A DNA stretch of 63,946 bases, counting the filler, from Octopus bimaculoides (Eukaryota): NCBI RefSeq assembly GCF_001194135.2. It is 8 parts of 8 records of this genome, joined end to end, with 100 filler letters (N's around TTAATTAATTAA, not from the genome) between each part and the next. Parts side by side here need not be neighbours in the genome. Positions count along the whole stretch, not along the records: positions 1 to 5,456 come from NC_069005.1; positions 5,557 to 15,240 come from NC_068981.1; 6 more parts are not named here. The stretch is one strand, 5' to 3'. Shown here in pieces: positions 1-13,241 of this stretch. The notes below the pieces were generated by a model. The model searched no databases. It was not told the DNA's origin and saw only the letters and a program-made list of their open reading frames with translations. How positions within the stretch are numbered: position 1 is the stretch's first letter; every line of letters begins with the position of its first letter. Position numbers and translations under genes: made by a program.

Positions 1-626
1 GATGATGTAGTTGTGTATGGTAATCATTGATATGAAATTCATTTTCGCCATAAATCAATTAATAAAGAGTTAAAAATTTTAAAAATTTACAAATTTTGGG
101 TAATTTTAGCCAGTTGAAAGTCACAGATATATAGAAGCCAGTTTCCATAGAAACAAGCCAAGCTGGTCATTTTTCGATGAGGTATGAGTTGGTCATGGTA
201 TGTGCTAAAATAATAGTTAAATAGGTTTTAAATCACGCAACAATTTTTTTGTGGGGGGGGGTGTATAATCGTGTGGATTCCAGTGAGTAGAATACAAATT
301 CGCAAAAATTTTCTGAAAATTCAAAGAAATAAAGAAAAATGTTATGAGAGGTTATATGGTGTGCGTAAAGCAAAATTCGCCAATATTTCATTTGTTTACA
401 GTTGACAACACGCGCTGTCACATGCAAAATGACAGCTTCCAGATCATGTTTTCTGACTGGTTAGAAATGATCAAACTTTAAACCTCTTAAACTTCTTACA
501 AATTTTTTCTGGAAAAAGTGAATAAGTCCCTGCGATTTAACATGGAAAATTATATCATGCATTTTTAAATTTTCACTAAACTTTAAAATTACCGCAGGTG
601 CAACCAAATAGAAAAGATTTTTCCAC

Positions 627-790
627 TTTAACTGTCTAGGGCAGGGGTTTTCAACCGGGGTCCGCATGGACCCTGGGAGTCCATATAAGATTTTGGTAGG
701 ATCTACAAATGCAACATAGTAAACTGGGAGTCCAGAGGAATTTTTCAGAGATCATGAAAAAAATTATGCTTTAGACCAGTATTTTACAAT
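627..790. mobile_element. hAT (Charlie-like) MITE end
   Basis: Begins cagggg(t)tttcaacc...ggggtcc, a typical hAT/Charlie terminus. A related end cagtggttctcaacc lies at 14701. Confidence 0.45.
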
Positions 791-1235
791 GTAGACCCGT
801 TCTCTGACTTTCCAGTTCCTAAACACTCTCAGGTTTAGGAACTTGTTTATAAAATGCCCTGAAAAACATTACTAGAAATTCTGTCTTTACTAATTCTTAT
901 ACTGAGCAAAAATAATTCCACAGCAACAATAATGACACCGAGAACAACAGCAACAACAAAATGAAAAGAATACATACACACATATACTTGTTGAACATGG
1001 TTAGTGCTACCCAAAGCATTCTTTCGTTTGAAGAAGCAAAGTTGTCAACTCAACATATACGGGATCATATGATTGTTCGTTAATTTCCGTGAAATTCTTT
1101 TAATTTCTTTATGCTTTGAAGAGAGCAGAAATTGAAAGAGAGGATAAAGTGGAAAAGCGACAGTTGCTTTGAAGTGAGAGGAGAAAACAAAAGAGAGGAA
1201 AAAATGAAAGATGTACGTGTTTATGAAATGGACGT

Positions 1236-1270
<35 letters not shown>

Positions 1271-1271
1271 G

Positions 1272-1870
1272 CTACCGACCAGGCAACATCCACCTCAGGA
1301 CCTCAGGAGGGATCTCATTTACCTTTACCCGAGAAGCATGTATTCCCAGGTAAATGGGTAGAAGGACTATTTCTTCTGTCTTGAGGGGAGTAACGACATG
1401 CTGCCTGGCCACAACCTCGGACGCAAACTGAACCTCCACCGTTGCGAACTTTCTCCCTCTAGTTAGGTTTTCCACTTCTTTCGAAATGGGCTGCAGATCC
1501 CTTTCCACTTCAGCTCTCGTAGCTACCTCTATCCCACGTAGTCTTACGCTGTATGTTTTGTACAACACCATTCTTTTGGCCTCCCTTTCGGTAGTTTTCC
1601 TGGGAGGAGATACCTTAACATCGTTCCCCTCCCTTTTCATCATTTCTTGGAATTTTTCAATTCCTTTCAAACATACATTTTCAGACTTCCGTCTCACCGC
1701 CTCTGCGAAATTCTTCTTTTCCGTCTTTTTATCTATTTTATCTAGACATCTTGTTAGCTCCTCCTCGAACGACGACAGATCTAAGTAAATAATTCTCTCT
1801 ATTTTACCACGCTTCCCCCTTCAAACAAGAGGGACAGCGTTAACAAAACTGCCGTAGGGCAGCAAAAACA
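1272..1870 (-). mobile_element. 5' end (UTR plus ORF1 fragment) of an L1/Tx1-like non-LTR retrotransposon
   Basis: Open frame of about 170 aa (..YSVRLRGIEVATRAEVERDL..ATVEVQF..LLPIYLG..RVKVNEIPPEV) with an RRM-like ORF1 pattern. It is truncated at a (CA)n tract near 1270. Confidence 0.55.
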
Positions 1871-2654
1871 AGTGTCTCAAGACAGAACAATTAACAACAA
1901 ATAGAACTCAATACACCTTGACTAAACTTTGGAACACCGTACAAACAAAATTCACGATCAATATTAATGTTAATTTATTGTTGTATTTGGGCGAGTTTAT
2001 TTGCAAACAAATGTTTAAAAATTTCAAAACTGCAAAACCGGTACAAACTCTTCATGGTTCAAAGCGTTGCTTACTTTTTACTCAACCTTATATATATTTA
2101 TATATATATATATATAAGGATAAATAAAGAGTTTAAACACTGAAAAAAATCAATTTATTTATATGATTGTCAGTTTCATATCACCTACGTACGTTTCATT
2201 GATTTTACCTTCATTCATATTTTTCAATTAAGATTGCATTATGCATTTAAAAGGTAATATATTCGTTCACATCCGAATGTATGGAGAGTTGCTTACAGAC
2301 TGAGATTGCAGCATGCTCCTGTGTGTCAGCATCTGTGCCTTTTGGATTCCTTTCTAAAAATAGTTCTTGGAATTTTTCAATTCCTTTCGAATAGCCATCG
2401 ACCACAGTGGACGATGGTTATTTGAAGTTTTGAGGAACTAGGTCATACTATCATTCTACCTAGATCGGTTTTATAAAGGCTGGCTACCACTCCTATCTCT
2501 ACTCACGTGTGAAAAGAATAAAAATAAAATATATAAGTTAGCAACAAATCCAAGTCAATATATTTATTTAACTTCTATTTTTTTAATTGTGAGAATTTCA
2601 TTTTTTATTTATTTAGATGTATTAATCTTATTTGTTGATAGTTTAGGCCATTAT

Positions 2655-2841
2655 TCTTTTATTTGTTTCAGTCATTTGACTGCGGCCATGCTGGAGCACC
2701 GCCTTTAGTCGAACAAATCGACCCCAGGGCTTATTCTTTGTAAGCCAAGTACTTATTTTATCGGTCTCTTTTGCCGAACCGCTAAGTTTCTGGGACGTAA
2801 CCACACCAACATCGGTTGTCAAGCGATGGTGGGGGACACAA

Positions 2842-2903
<62 letters not shown>

Positions 2904-3057
2904 GGCGGGATTCTTTCAGTTTTCGTCTACCAAATCTGCTCACAAGACTTTGGTCGGCCCGAAGCTGTAGTAGAAAACACTTGCCCAAGGTGCCACGCAG
3001 TGGAACTGAACCAGGAAATATGTGGTTGGTAAGCAGGCTATTTACCACACAGCCACA
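2655..3057 (-). mobile_element. SINE family A (tRNA-derived, internal microsatellite), full copy
   Basis: Head with A box TGGCTGTGTGG and B-box-like GGTTCAGTTCC, then CCTTGGGCAAGTG, a central (TA/CA)n, and a 3' module ending CAGTCAAATGACTGAAACAA. More than 20 partial or full copies in the window, e.g. 3850-4072, 5560-5770, 11500-11977, 13375-13750, 15071-15240, 16425-16800, 27390-27675, 32180-32535, 39370-39745, 52820-53100. Confidence 0.9.
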
Positions 3058-4072
3058 GATTAATCTTTATATCTAATGAGGGTATGATTCACTATGTACC
3101 ACAAGTGTGGAGTTAGACTATCTTCAAATGCTGACGGTACATTTCATTTTAAGGTTACTTCCTATGTTTACTTTAATTTTTATCATTCACGGACTGTTTA
3201 TGTAAATATAATTTATTATTTAAAAATTTATTAAACACACACACACACACACATACACACATATATGTATGTATGTATATAGATATATATATTTCTTTTC
3301 CCTTATGAATATAATAAGTTCTCTATCCCTCATTTATTTAATATAATTGTTAAATCATTTATTTTGATACATCAGCTGATAGTAAGGGCTGATTAATATA
3401 GAATTATTACTTCTAGATATTTAATTATTCACATAATGCCTATTCAATTATATCTATTCGGAATTACTAGGCGTATATCTATTCCTATAATGTTTATTTA
3501 ATTTTATTTATTTCAATTTATTAAACGTATATTTAATCCTATGTGGGCAACAAAAATCTCCTTCTTTTTTATTTTAACTAATTTGTGCTTGGATGTAATG
3601 AGCTGAAAAATTCCCTCAACGTCACACCTTTTGCTTCCAATGCTATAAGATTAATTCCCACTTCAGAGTATATTCCTTATTTCTTTCCTTAATTCCCTAA
3701 ATTTATCTACTTAAACTAGTGCTAGTTTCTTTCCTCTTATCCCTAAAAGTGCTTTCATGGTTAGCTCTCCTTTTTATACAAATTTCCGTGGAGCCTATAT
3801 AGTAGTAATTCTGCCCCTCTGACATTACTTTACACCTGTATATTATACTTTTGTTTTATTCTTTTACGTATTTCAGTCATTTGACAGTGGCCATGCTGGA
3901 GCATCGCATTTTAGTCGAACAAATCGTCCCAGGACTTATTCTTTGTGAGCTTAGTACTTATTCTATCGGCTTCGTTTACCGAACCGCTAAGTTACGTGGA
4001 TATAAACACAGCAACATCAGTCGTCAGGCGATGGTGTGGTGGGGGGGGGGACAAAAATGGACACACAAATAT

Positions 4073-5362
4073 CAAAGTTAGCGCTCTTTTATTGCCTTCC
4101 AACGATTTCATTAAATTTGCCCATCTGTGCGTTGACGCAGAAAAAAAAGGTGTATAACTTTTGTATGAAACCAAAATGGCTAACAGCTTCAACACAGCGA
4201 GAAGCAGCAGCTTGTTCAACGAATGAGTAGCACAAGGAATGAAAACTGCAGCCGGATTCTTTTCTTTGAGTCTGGATTGCATTCCTGTATAATGACCGGA
4301 CATATTACTGGTGTTGTCATAGGACTGTCCCTGCAGTCTTCAAAATTTATACCCTCTTTTTTTTTTAGGAATTCTAAGGGAGGTGCAGCCAGTACTTCCG
4401 CTTTGTGGGAACCAGTTTACAGGAAAGTTAAAAACCTTTCGATTGACTTACCAGAAATAACATAACATACAATAACTGTTAGCTGGTCAACATAAGCCCG
4501 GTCTGGTGTTGAATCTACAGAAACAGAGTAATACTTGGCAGTTTTAAGTTCTGCAACAATATAATTCTTTACATATTTTGCCATCAATAGATCAATTTCT
4601 TCGTAGATAGTAGGTGACAAGTATGACTGCTTACCACTTCCAGGATTGCCAAATTTTTTTAAGAGGCCCATTAGAAATGGGTCAAACTGTGCTATAAGTT
4701 CCATAATTCATAGAAAATTTCCATTGTGTTTAGAGCCCATTATCTCTTCCCTACCTCTAAATGCTAGACTCTCTCAGCTAGAGATATTGTCACAGCCACA
4801 ACTCGGCGCAATACTTCAGTCCAGTATTTCTTGTTTTCTTGGGCTTGTTTTTCCAACTCCTTGTTAACGTGAGAAGATTCCCTACATAAAAAGTTGAACT
4901 TCAACACAGAATCTCTGTGGCCTTGCATTGTCCATGACATAAGGCTGATTTTATCTGAAATAACATAGATACGTACTTTTCTCTGGCAGAAAACCACATG
5001 GCTGGGTCTGGATCCCATGATACCGTTTTACTATCCATGACAGTGAGAAATGATGGTTCTTCGTCTTCGATATTTTGAGGTGATACGTTCTTCCTGTTTT
5101 CTACAGATGTACTTGGGAGTGCGACTGGTTCCTCAAAAAGGACATCTGGTATTGATTCTTCATCATTAGCTTCTGAGTTTTCTTTTTTTTCAAAGCAAAG
5201 AAAAATTTTGTAAGGCGTTGTGTCTTTGCTTAATACAACAGCATTTTTTTCGCTTTTTTCCTCTTCTGAGCTCCAAACAGTTGAATTTTCTGTGGCATTC
5301 TTAGATATTCTGAGAATAAAAATAATCTGAATAGAAGAGAATGAAAATAGCTTCAAAAACAA
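4073..5362 (-). pseudogene. Decayed hAT transposase (ZMYM1/DUF4371-type, Tip100-like)
   Basis: Frameshifted pieces: KYWTEVLRRVVAV..LAER; ELIAQFDPFL..YLSPTIYEE..AKYYSVSVDSTPD..DQLTVIV; MSGHYTGMQSRLKEKNPAAVFIPCATHSLN; FFSASTHRW. The 3' end is cut off by a SINE A copy. Confidence 0.9.
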
Positions 5363-5813
5363 AAGGAAGCTGGAGCTGATAACAGCAATGTAGAATTACT
5401 TCATTTAATCCTGTTACAGATATATTAAGACAGGCTCTTTACTCTTATGTGTTTGGNNNNNNNNNNNNNNNNNNNNNNNNNNNNNNNNNNNNNNNNNNNN
5501 TTAATTAATTAANNNNNNNNNNNNNNNNNNNNNNNNNNNNNNNNNNNNNNNNNNNNATATATGTGTGTGTATGTGTTTGTGTGTCTGTGTTTGTCCCCCC
5601 AACATCGCTTGACAACCGATGCTGGTGTGTTTACGTCCCCGTAACTTAGCAGTTCGGCAAAAGAAACTGATAGAATAAGTACTAGGCTTACAAAGAATAA
5701 GTGCTGGGGTCGATTTGCTCGACTAAAGGCAGTGCTCCAGCATGGCCACAGTCAAAGTCTGAAACAAGATATATATATATATATAAACAGACAAGAAAAT
5801 AATATTTCAAATG

Positions 5814-5988
5814 CAGTATAGCCATGAAAACAGCAGAAAGATTGAATATTTTACCCTTATATGAGAGAAAAAGTTGTCAGCAGACAGCCATGGGATTCGA
5901 AGCTGCACCTCCTAGATACCAGCTGAGTACTCTCTCCCAATATAAGGGTACAAAACCAAATCTATCTGCTGTTTTCATGGCTATACTG
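5814..5988. mobile_element. 175-bp MITE with long terminal inverted repeats
   Basis: CAGTATAGCCATGAAAACAGCAGA at the left end and its near-perfect reverse complement at the right; the arms pair over about 55 bp. Confidence 0.75.
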
Positions 5989-7652
5989 AATTCGAAGTAT
6001 TACTTTCTCGTCTGTATGATATGATACACATTCAATAAAAACAAAAACAACACGGGTATTGTTTTGAGCTAAGTGGGGGTGCTAGATTCCCTTGTTCAAA
6101 AATATAAGGACACAGATCGTGTCGTATAGCCAACTGGAGACGATGTCTCCGGGGCTAAATTACAGCAACATTCGTCCTAAACCAGGACTGCCATGTTATG
6201 TTGGCAAATAATCTTTACTCCAAAAACAAGTTTGTTTACATCTGCTGTTGCCCAGCCTGATTGTGAAATTAATATGCAAACGGCTGAGCACTCCACAGAC
6301 ATGTGTACCCTTAATGTAGTTCCCAGGGAGATTCAGGGTGACACAGAGAGTGACAAGGCTGGCCCTTTGAAATACAAGTACTACTCATTGTTGCCAGCTG
6401 AGTAGACTGGAGCAAGAGAAAATAAAGTGTCTTGCTCAAGGACACAACACACTGCCAAGGATTGAACTCATGGCTTATGATCTTGAGCCAAATACACATA
6501 CACACATACATGATGGGCATCTTTCTGTTTCCGTCTACCAAATTCACTCATTAGCCTTTGGTCAATACACACACATACACACAAACATACATATATATAT
6601 ATATATATCTATATATATATATATATATATATATATGGCCTATGATCTAACAATATAATTTTAAAAGAAGACACTTGCTCAAAGTTCCATGCAGTGGGAC
6701 TGAACCTGAAACCATGTTGTTGAGAGGCAAACTTCTTAACCACACAGCCATACATGCGCTTAAAATTATTACATATATAGTTCAGCATACACTTGTATTT
6801 ACAAACCAGATGAATAAAAAAGTACTTAATACAAGAAGTAGANNNNNNNNNNNNNNNNNNNNNNNNNNNNNNNNNNNNNNNNNNNNNNNNNNNNNNNNNN
6901 NNNNNNNNNNNNNNNNNNNNNNNNNNNNNNNNNNNNNNNNNNNNNNNNNNNNNNNNNNNNNNNNNNNNNNNNNNNNNNNNNNNNNNNNNNNNNNNNNNNN
7001 NNNNNNNNNNNNNNNNNNNNNNNNNNNNNNNNNNNNNNNNNNNNNNNNNNNNNNNNNNNNNNNNNNNNNNNNNNNNNNNNNNNNNNNNNNNNNNNNNNNN
7101 NNNNNNNNNNNNNNNNNNNNNNNNNNNNNNNNNNNNNNNNNNNNNNNNNNNNNNNNNNNNNNNNNNNNNNNNNNNNNNNNNNNNNNNNNNNNNNNNNNNN
7201 NNNNNNNNNNNNNNNNNNNNNNNNNNNNNNNNNNNNNNNNNNNNNNNNNNNNNNNNNNNNNNNNNNNNNNNNNNNNNNNNNNNNNNNNNNNNNNNNNNNN
7301 NNNNNNNNNNNNNNNNNNNNNNNNNNNNNNNNNNNNNNNNNNNNNNNNNNNNNNNNNNNNNNNNNNNNNNNNNNNNNNNNNNNNNNNNNNNNNNNNNNNN
7401 NNNNNNNNNNNNNNNNNNNNNNNNNNNNNNNNNNNNNNNNNNNNNNNNNNNNNNNNNNNNNNNNNNNNNNNNNNNNNNNNNNNNNNNNNNNNNNNNNNNN
7501 NNNNNNNNNNNNNNNNNNNNNNNNNNNNNNNNNNNNNNNNNNNNNNNNNNNNNNNNNNNNNNNNNNNNNNNNNNNNNNNNNNNNNNNNNNNNNNNNNNNN
7601 NNNNNNNNNNNNNNNNNNNACCACCACCACCACCACCACCACCACCACCACC

Positions 7653-7683
<31 letters not shown>

Positions 7684-8415
7684 TGTTGTCGTCATGTTCG
7701 TTGTCATTATCTTATCAATGTGTATACATCATATCCAAAATGTATTTTCTACTCTTAGCCAGTAGAGTGTGATCTGAAAGACTTAGTTGCAATTTCTAGC
7801 AAATCAAGCAACCATGTAGAGGCTCCTTCACTGGCTTGCTGATACATTTTATTACGATTTTGACATTGCTTATTATGATCATGACATTCATTTACAAATT
7901 GAACCAATTATCTGGCACTAGCTTCTAACTAGAACCAATTCATTTATATTACATTGCTAGGAATGACATTAATATCAGCACTTCCAGCTTATCTGCACTT
8001 AAAAAATTGATACTTTGTGTCTATAGTAGAAATCTTTAGATATAAGAAAACAGGATGACAAAGGAATGAATAATTATCTTATGACCTTCATTAGCTTGCA
8101 GCTGTTTCTGCTACAAGATGCAGTGGACCCATAGTTGAGTGTTTGAGTAACACCTTATTGCTTCATCAGAACCTCGAATATGAAGCACAATTTATTTGGG
8201 AAAATAATTACATTTATGCATTTATACAGGAAAAAGCATTTCTAATGAGAAAACAAAACACCTATGTTGAAGATGAAAACCACGGGTTCTTCCCACAAAT
8301 AGAATAAGATTGATTTTAAAATGTGTATAAAATGGGTGCATCCAGATTTAGATAAAGGGTAACTGGATCTAACAGTAAAAATATGTTTAGACACACACAC
8401 ACACACATGTATGTA

Positions 8416-8451
<36 letters not shown>

Positions 8452-9759
8452 CTCTTTTATTTTTTTCAGTCATTTGACTGTGGCCATGCTGGAGCACCGC
8501 CTTTTTTAGTCGAGCTAATCGACGCCAGGACTTTTTCTTTGTAAGCCTAGTACTTATTCTATCAGTCTTTTTTGCCAAACCGCTAAGTTACGGGGACGTA
8601 AACACACCAGCAACGGTTGTCAAGCGATAGCAGATATAATAAAACACCTTAACTTAAAATAGTTAAATAATTAAGAATTTTTAAATAATTACTCTTAATT
8701 AAGTCAAAACTTATAGTAGTGTGTTGGATAAGATTGCAAACTTTTAGATTACTTTTTATCTTTTTCTTGATTCAGTCATTTGACTGAAGCCATGCCTAAA
8801 AGGGTCTTTTAGTCCAGCAAATAAACCCTAATGCTTAGGTTTTTTTGTAAAGACAGGTACTTATTCAATCAGTCTCTTTTGCTGGTCCACTAAGTTATGA
8901 GGACATAAACAAACGAAACTGATTGAATTTTACATTAATCATTTTCTACTTGGGCACACTTTTTAAGGGCCTCCAATCCATACATCTGCACCTGTATGCA
9001 TAAGTTTGGGCAAGGATTTTTGTGTGAAAGACTAACAGTTGCCTATGTATGAGGGTCTCCTATGCTCAGGCCACCAGTATTGTCCAAGGCTTATTTAACT
9101 TACACCAGCATCATCACAGGTTTTGACATCAGAACACAGAGAGCCACCACAAGACTTTAGTTGTTTGGTTGGCCCAGGGCTATAAAAGAAGACACATGCT
9201 CAAAGCACCATGTTGTGGGACTGAACCCAAAACCAAGTGGCTGGCAAACAAACTTCTTGTCATACATCCATGTCTATGCTAATGATTAATGATACAGTGG
9301 TATCTATATATAACTAGGTAAACTGGGCCATTTAAGAAACAAGTTGCCATAGAAACCCTGAGAAACAAACCATTCAAATCAACCAACCATTCAATTCAAC
9401 CATCTGTAACTTTCCAATGAAAATATATATTTAATTGCAAAATTTAATACATATCATTTTCAGAATAGCTTAACAGAACAGTAGCTTAATAAATCTTCTG
9501 TTGCTCTGTGTCAAACACAATCTCTTTCAAAGTCAATTATATTCTGAAGGTCATTGCTCCTCATACGAATATTATTGACATTTGGTTCAGGCATGGTTGT
9601 GTAGTTAAGAAGTTTGCTTTCGAACCACACAATTTCAGGTTCAATCCTACCATGTGACACTCTGGACAAGCATCTTCTACTATAGTCCCAGATCAACCAA
9701 AGCTTTGTAAATGTATTTGGTAGATGGCAACTGAAAGAAGCTCATGGTGTCTGTCTCTT

Positions 9760-9794
<35 letters not shown>

Positions 9795-10445
9795 TATGGA
9801 TAGATAGATAGATAGATAGATAGATATAGCCTGGTGGTTAGGGTGTTGCACTTGCAATCTCACAATCGCTGTTTCAATTTCTAGGTTGGGTGGTGTATTG
9901 TATTCTTGAACAAAACACTTCATCTCCTGTTGCTCTGCAATCACTTTGATACCTGTAATGTGGCACACCATGCACCTGTTCAGGCAACATTAATTTGATA
10001 GAGGGAGTGAGCTAATTTACAGCACATAGATTTGATCACTATAAACAAGTCATTTTGACTAATTATATGCCATAATGCAGCATATAACTGCTCAACAATA
10101 TGCACACACACACACACACACACACTCACTCAGTCAGACTATCGGATGTTGTTACCTACTGCTGACCACAATGCACCTTCTCACATTGTAGCAGCTTTCA
10201 AATGATGCCACCCTGCTGGTCAACATTCCCCCCTGATGCTACCTTGCAGGCCAACATTCCCCTTGAGCGGAATGCCAGTTTGTTACAGTGTCTCCCATTT
10301 ACAGCCAAGTAGACTGGAGTAATGTGAAATAAAGTGATTTGCTCAAGAACGCTACACCCTACTGGTCCGGGAATTGAAACCACAATCTTACCATCATAAA
10401 TGCAACACCCTAGCCACTAGGCCATGTGCCTTCACACACACACAA

Positions 10446-10487
<42 letters not shown>

Positions 10488-10785
10488 TTGACTGTCAGAA
10501 GAAAGAGTACTCAGTAACATAGTAGAGATTGGTAATATTTTTATTTGGCTGATATCCTACAACCAAGGCGCCACGAAAAAGAGCATTAGTGTGGGTGCTT
10601 GCCCAAGGTACCCACATAGGGGGTGAGTTTAGATAGGCGGTTGGTAGGTAGACAGATAGATAAATGGATGGACTGACAGAGGGATAGATAGAAAGATGGA
10701 TGGATACACAGATGGGGAGATAGACAGACGGATAGGCACAGAAAGAAAGAGAAAATGTCAATTAATTATTAAGGATAAACATAAT

Positions 10786-11171
10786 TGTTGTTGGCACTCC
10801 ATCGCTTACAACGTCGAGGGTTCCAGTTGATCAGATCAACGGAACAGCCTACTCATGAAATTAACGTGTAAGTGGCTGAGCACTCCACAGACACGTGTAC
10901 CCTTAACGTAGTTCTCGGGGATATTCAGCATGACACAGTGTGACAAGGTTGGCCCTTTGAATTACAGGCACAGCAGAAACAGGAAGTAAGAGTGAGAGAA
11001 AGTTGTGGTGAAAGAGTACAGCAGGTTTCGCCACCATCCCCTGCCGGAGCCTCGTGGAGCTTTTAGGTGTTTTTGCTCAATAAACACTCACAACGCCTGG
11101 TCTGGGAATAGAAACCGCGATCCTATGACCGCGAGTCCGCTGCCCTAACCACTGGACCATTGCACCTCCAC
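10786..11171 (-). mobile_element. SINE family D (tRNA-derived), full length with 13-bp target-site duplication
   Basis: Head GTGGAGGTGCAATGGTCCAGTGGTTAGGGCAG...GGTTTCTATTCCCAG. TSD ggataaacataat at 10773-10785 and 11172-11184. Related older fragments at about 6150-6470, 9830-10060, 10200-10430 and 12180-12340. Confidence 0.9.
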
Positions 11172-11317
11172 GGATAAACATAATATATTTTGTTTTATGC
11201 GTGTGTGTGTTCATGTTTGTCTGTATGTAAGTGAGCGTAAGACAGAGAGAGATTACACAACCAGCAATTCGTTTTATTGGCAGACTGTTTTATTTTTTGA
11301 TATTCCTATTCACACAG

Positions 11318-11451
11318 TTTTGCATAAATCATGCCAAGAAGCATAATGATCCTGACAATGATAATAATGGTGATGGAAATGAATATAACAAGATAAAACT
11401 TGCTCAGCTGCCGGACTTTATCAAACGACAGCAGTGGAACAAGGAAGATTG
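11318..11451 (+). CDS. Candidate coding exon of an unidentified gene
   Basis: Polypyrimidine tract plus cacacag| acceptor. Only one frame is open: FCINHAKKHNDPDNDNNGDGNEYNKIKLAQLPDFIKRQQWNKED(W). Possible donor TG|gtgatt, or it ends as W-TGA. Unique-looking sequence between two SINEs; no family recognised. Confidence 0.5.
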
Positions 11452-11499
11452 GTGATTTCCTCTATCAACACTTAACCACAATCAAAGATCAACTCATAA

Positions 11500-11977
11500 T
11501 TGCTCGCTTTACTCTTTTACTTGTTTCAGTCTTTTGACTGTGGCCATGCTGGAGCACCACCTTTAGTCGAGCAAATCGACCCCAGGACTTATTCTTTGGA
11601 AGCCTAGTACTTATTTTATTGGTCTCTTTTTGCCGAACCGCTAAGTTACGGGGGACATAAACACACCAGCATCGGTTGTCAAGTGATGTTGGGGGAACAA
11701 ACACAGACACACATACATATATATANNNNNNNNNNNNNNNNNNNNNNNNNNNNNNNNNNNNNNNNNNNNNNNNNNNNNNNNNNNNNNNNNNNNNNNNNNN
11801 NATATATATACATATCTATGACGGGCTTCTTTCAGTTTCTGTCTACCAAATCCACTCACAAGGCTTTGGTCGGCCCGAGGCTATAGTAGAAGACACTTGC
11901 CCAAGATGCTACACAGTGGGACTGAACCCAGGACCATGTGGTTGGTAAGCAAGCTACGTACCACACAGCCGCTCCTG
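11500..11977 (-). mobile_element. SINE family A copy
   Basis: High similarity to 2655-3057; an assembly gap sits in its internal microsatellite. Confidence 0.9.
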
Positions 11978-12679
11978 CTAATGAAATTAAATGAATTTCT
12001 GCCCTGATATCTTTGTCAGTCACTTTGTAGACTGAACAGATCAAGTATTATATCTTGTGTGACAATTTCGGTTAGAACTCTGATCAATATTTTTGCCATA
12101 GACTTTTTATGCTTATTGTGTATAGTTATATAGTGGTTAATGTGATAATATTCAGTTATACAGTAGACATCTACCACAAGGTCCAGTCCTTTTAACAGCG
12201 TGGAGGCTTGTGGCGTTCTCCTTGAACGGAATGCCAGTCTGTCACAGTGTCACCCATTTACAGCTGAGTGGACTGGAGCAATGTGAAATAAAGTGTTTTG
12301 CTCAAAAACGCAACACCCCACTGGTCCCAGAGAGCTATTCCAGCAGAACACAAGCTCCAAGTAGGGTTTCCCGTGCTGGACAGGTCAAAAGATAAAGGTT
12401 AAATTAATATAGACCACCAAAGTAAAAATGGGTTTGCATAGGGCCAATGTTACTACCGAGAAAAAGGCAAAGTTACAAAAGCATCGATGATGATTCAAAA
12501 CCAACGAGACTTGGGGGAAGAAGGTCTTTCCCAGAGTCAAGGACAGTAAGAATATCATCAATGGCCTATGCTCTGTGGGGAGTGAAGGGCTTAAATAATA
12601 TGGTTTCAAATTTTGGTACAAGGCCAGGAATTTTAGGGGCGGGTTAAGTTGATTACATCAACCCCAGTGTCTGGTAATA

Positions 12680-13060
12680 TGATTCTGCACCGTGCCACAT
12701 AACCAGGAGAACCCAGTCATGGCTGTCAGACTATTTCTGTGACCACATCACCCCTAACATCTGGCCACCTAACTCCCCACACTGCAACCTCACTTCATTA
12801 TCATATGTGGGGTTCTGTTGAGTGAGAGACCAACAAAACTCCTTGTAACACCAAAGATGAATTAAAGGCAAGGGTTATGGCAGCATTCACCACCTTAAGC
12901 AAGGAAACTGTCCTCTGGAGGCTGTGGTTGAAGCCAACAGCGATTTTATTGAATAGATTTACTCTTTAGTATTTAAAGATACTTTTATGCAATTTAGGTA
13001 AATACGTCTGCTAAAAAGGATTTTAATTTTTGCATAATTTAGACAATTTATTCACCCTGT
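12680..13060 (+). mobile_element. Tc1/mariner-superfamily transposon 3' fragment
   Basis: Decayed (A)PCH..R.TQSWLSD.FCDHITPNIWPPNSP..ET NKTPCNTKDELKAR..EAVVEAN frame; ends ttcaccctgt. Confidence 0.75.
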
Positions 13061-13241
13061 GTATAGCAATAACTCAAAATTAATGTTTTTTTTTAATTGA
13101 GCACCAGCACCTCTATGGTAGCAGTAAATGTCAATAGGGTACAAGTGTTTATAGGGGTTAAGTCATAATTCTTCTCAGAAACAAAATATATAAACAAGGT
13201 ACAATATTCATGTATTAAACACATTTTTGAAAAACTCATTG

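Noticed and set aside
5501-5512. TTAATTAATTAA islands inside N runs (also about 15285, 33908, 41150, 47652, 59915 and 62712)
   Set aside because: Identical 12-mers centred in gaps, with stop codons in all six frames: an artificial scaffolding spacer, not biology.
6675-7772. Long ORFs in the track that span N gaps or microsatellites (poly-X, IYIY, THTH, CVCV, poly-T/D/M)
   Set aside because: They are open only because Ns and simple repeats lack stop codons.
11090-11171. tRNA-like sequences with A and B boxes
   Set aside because: These are the heads of multi-copy SINEs and continue into SINE bodies; they are not tRNA genes.
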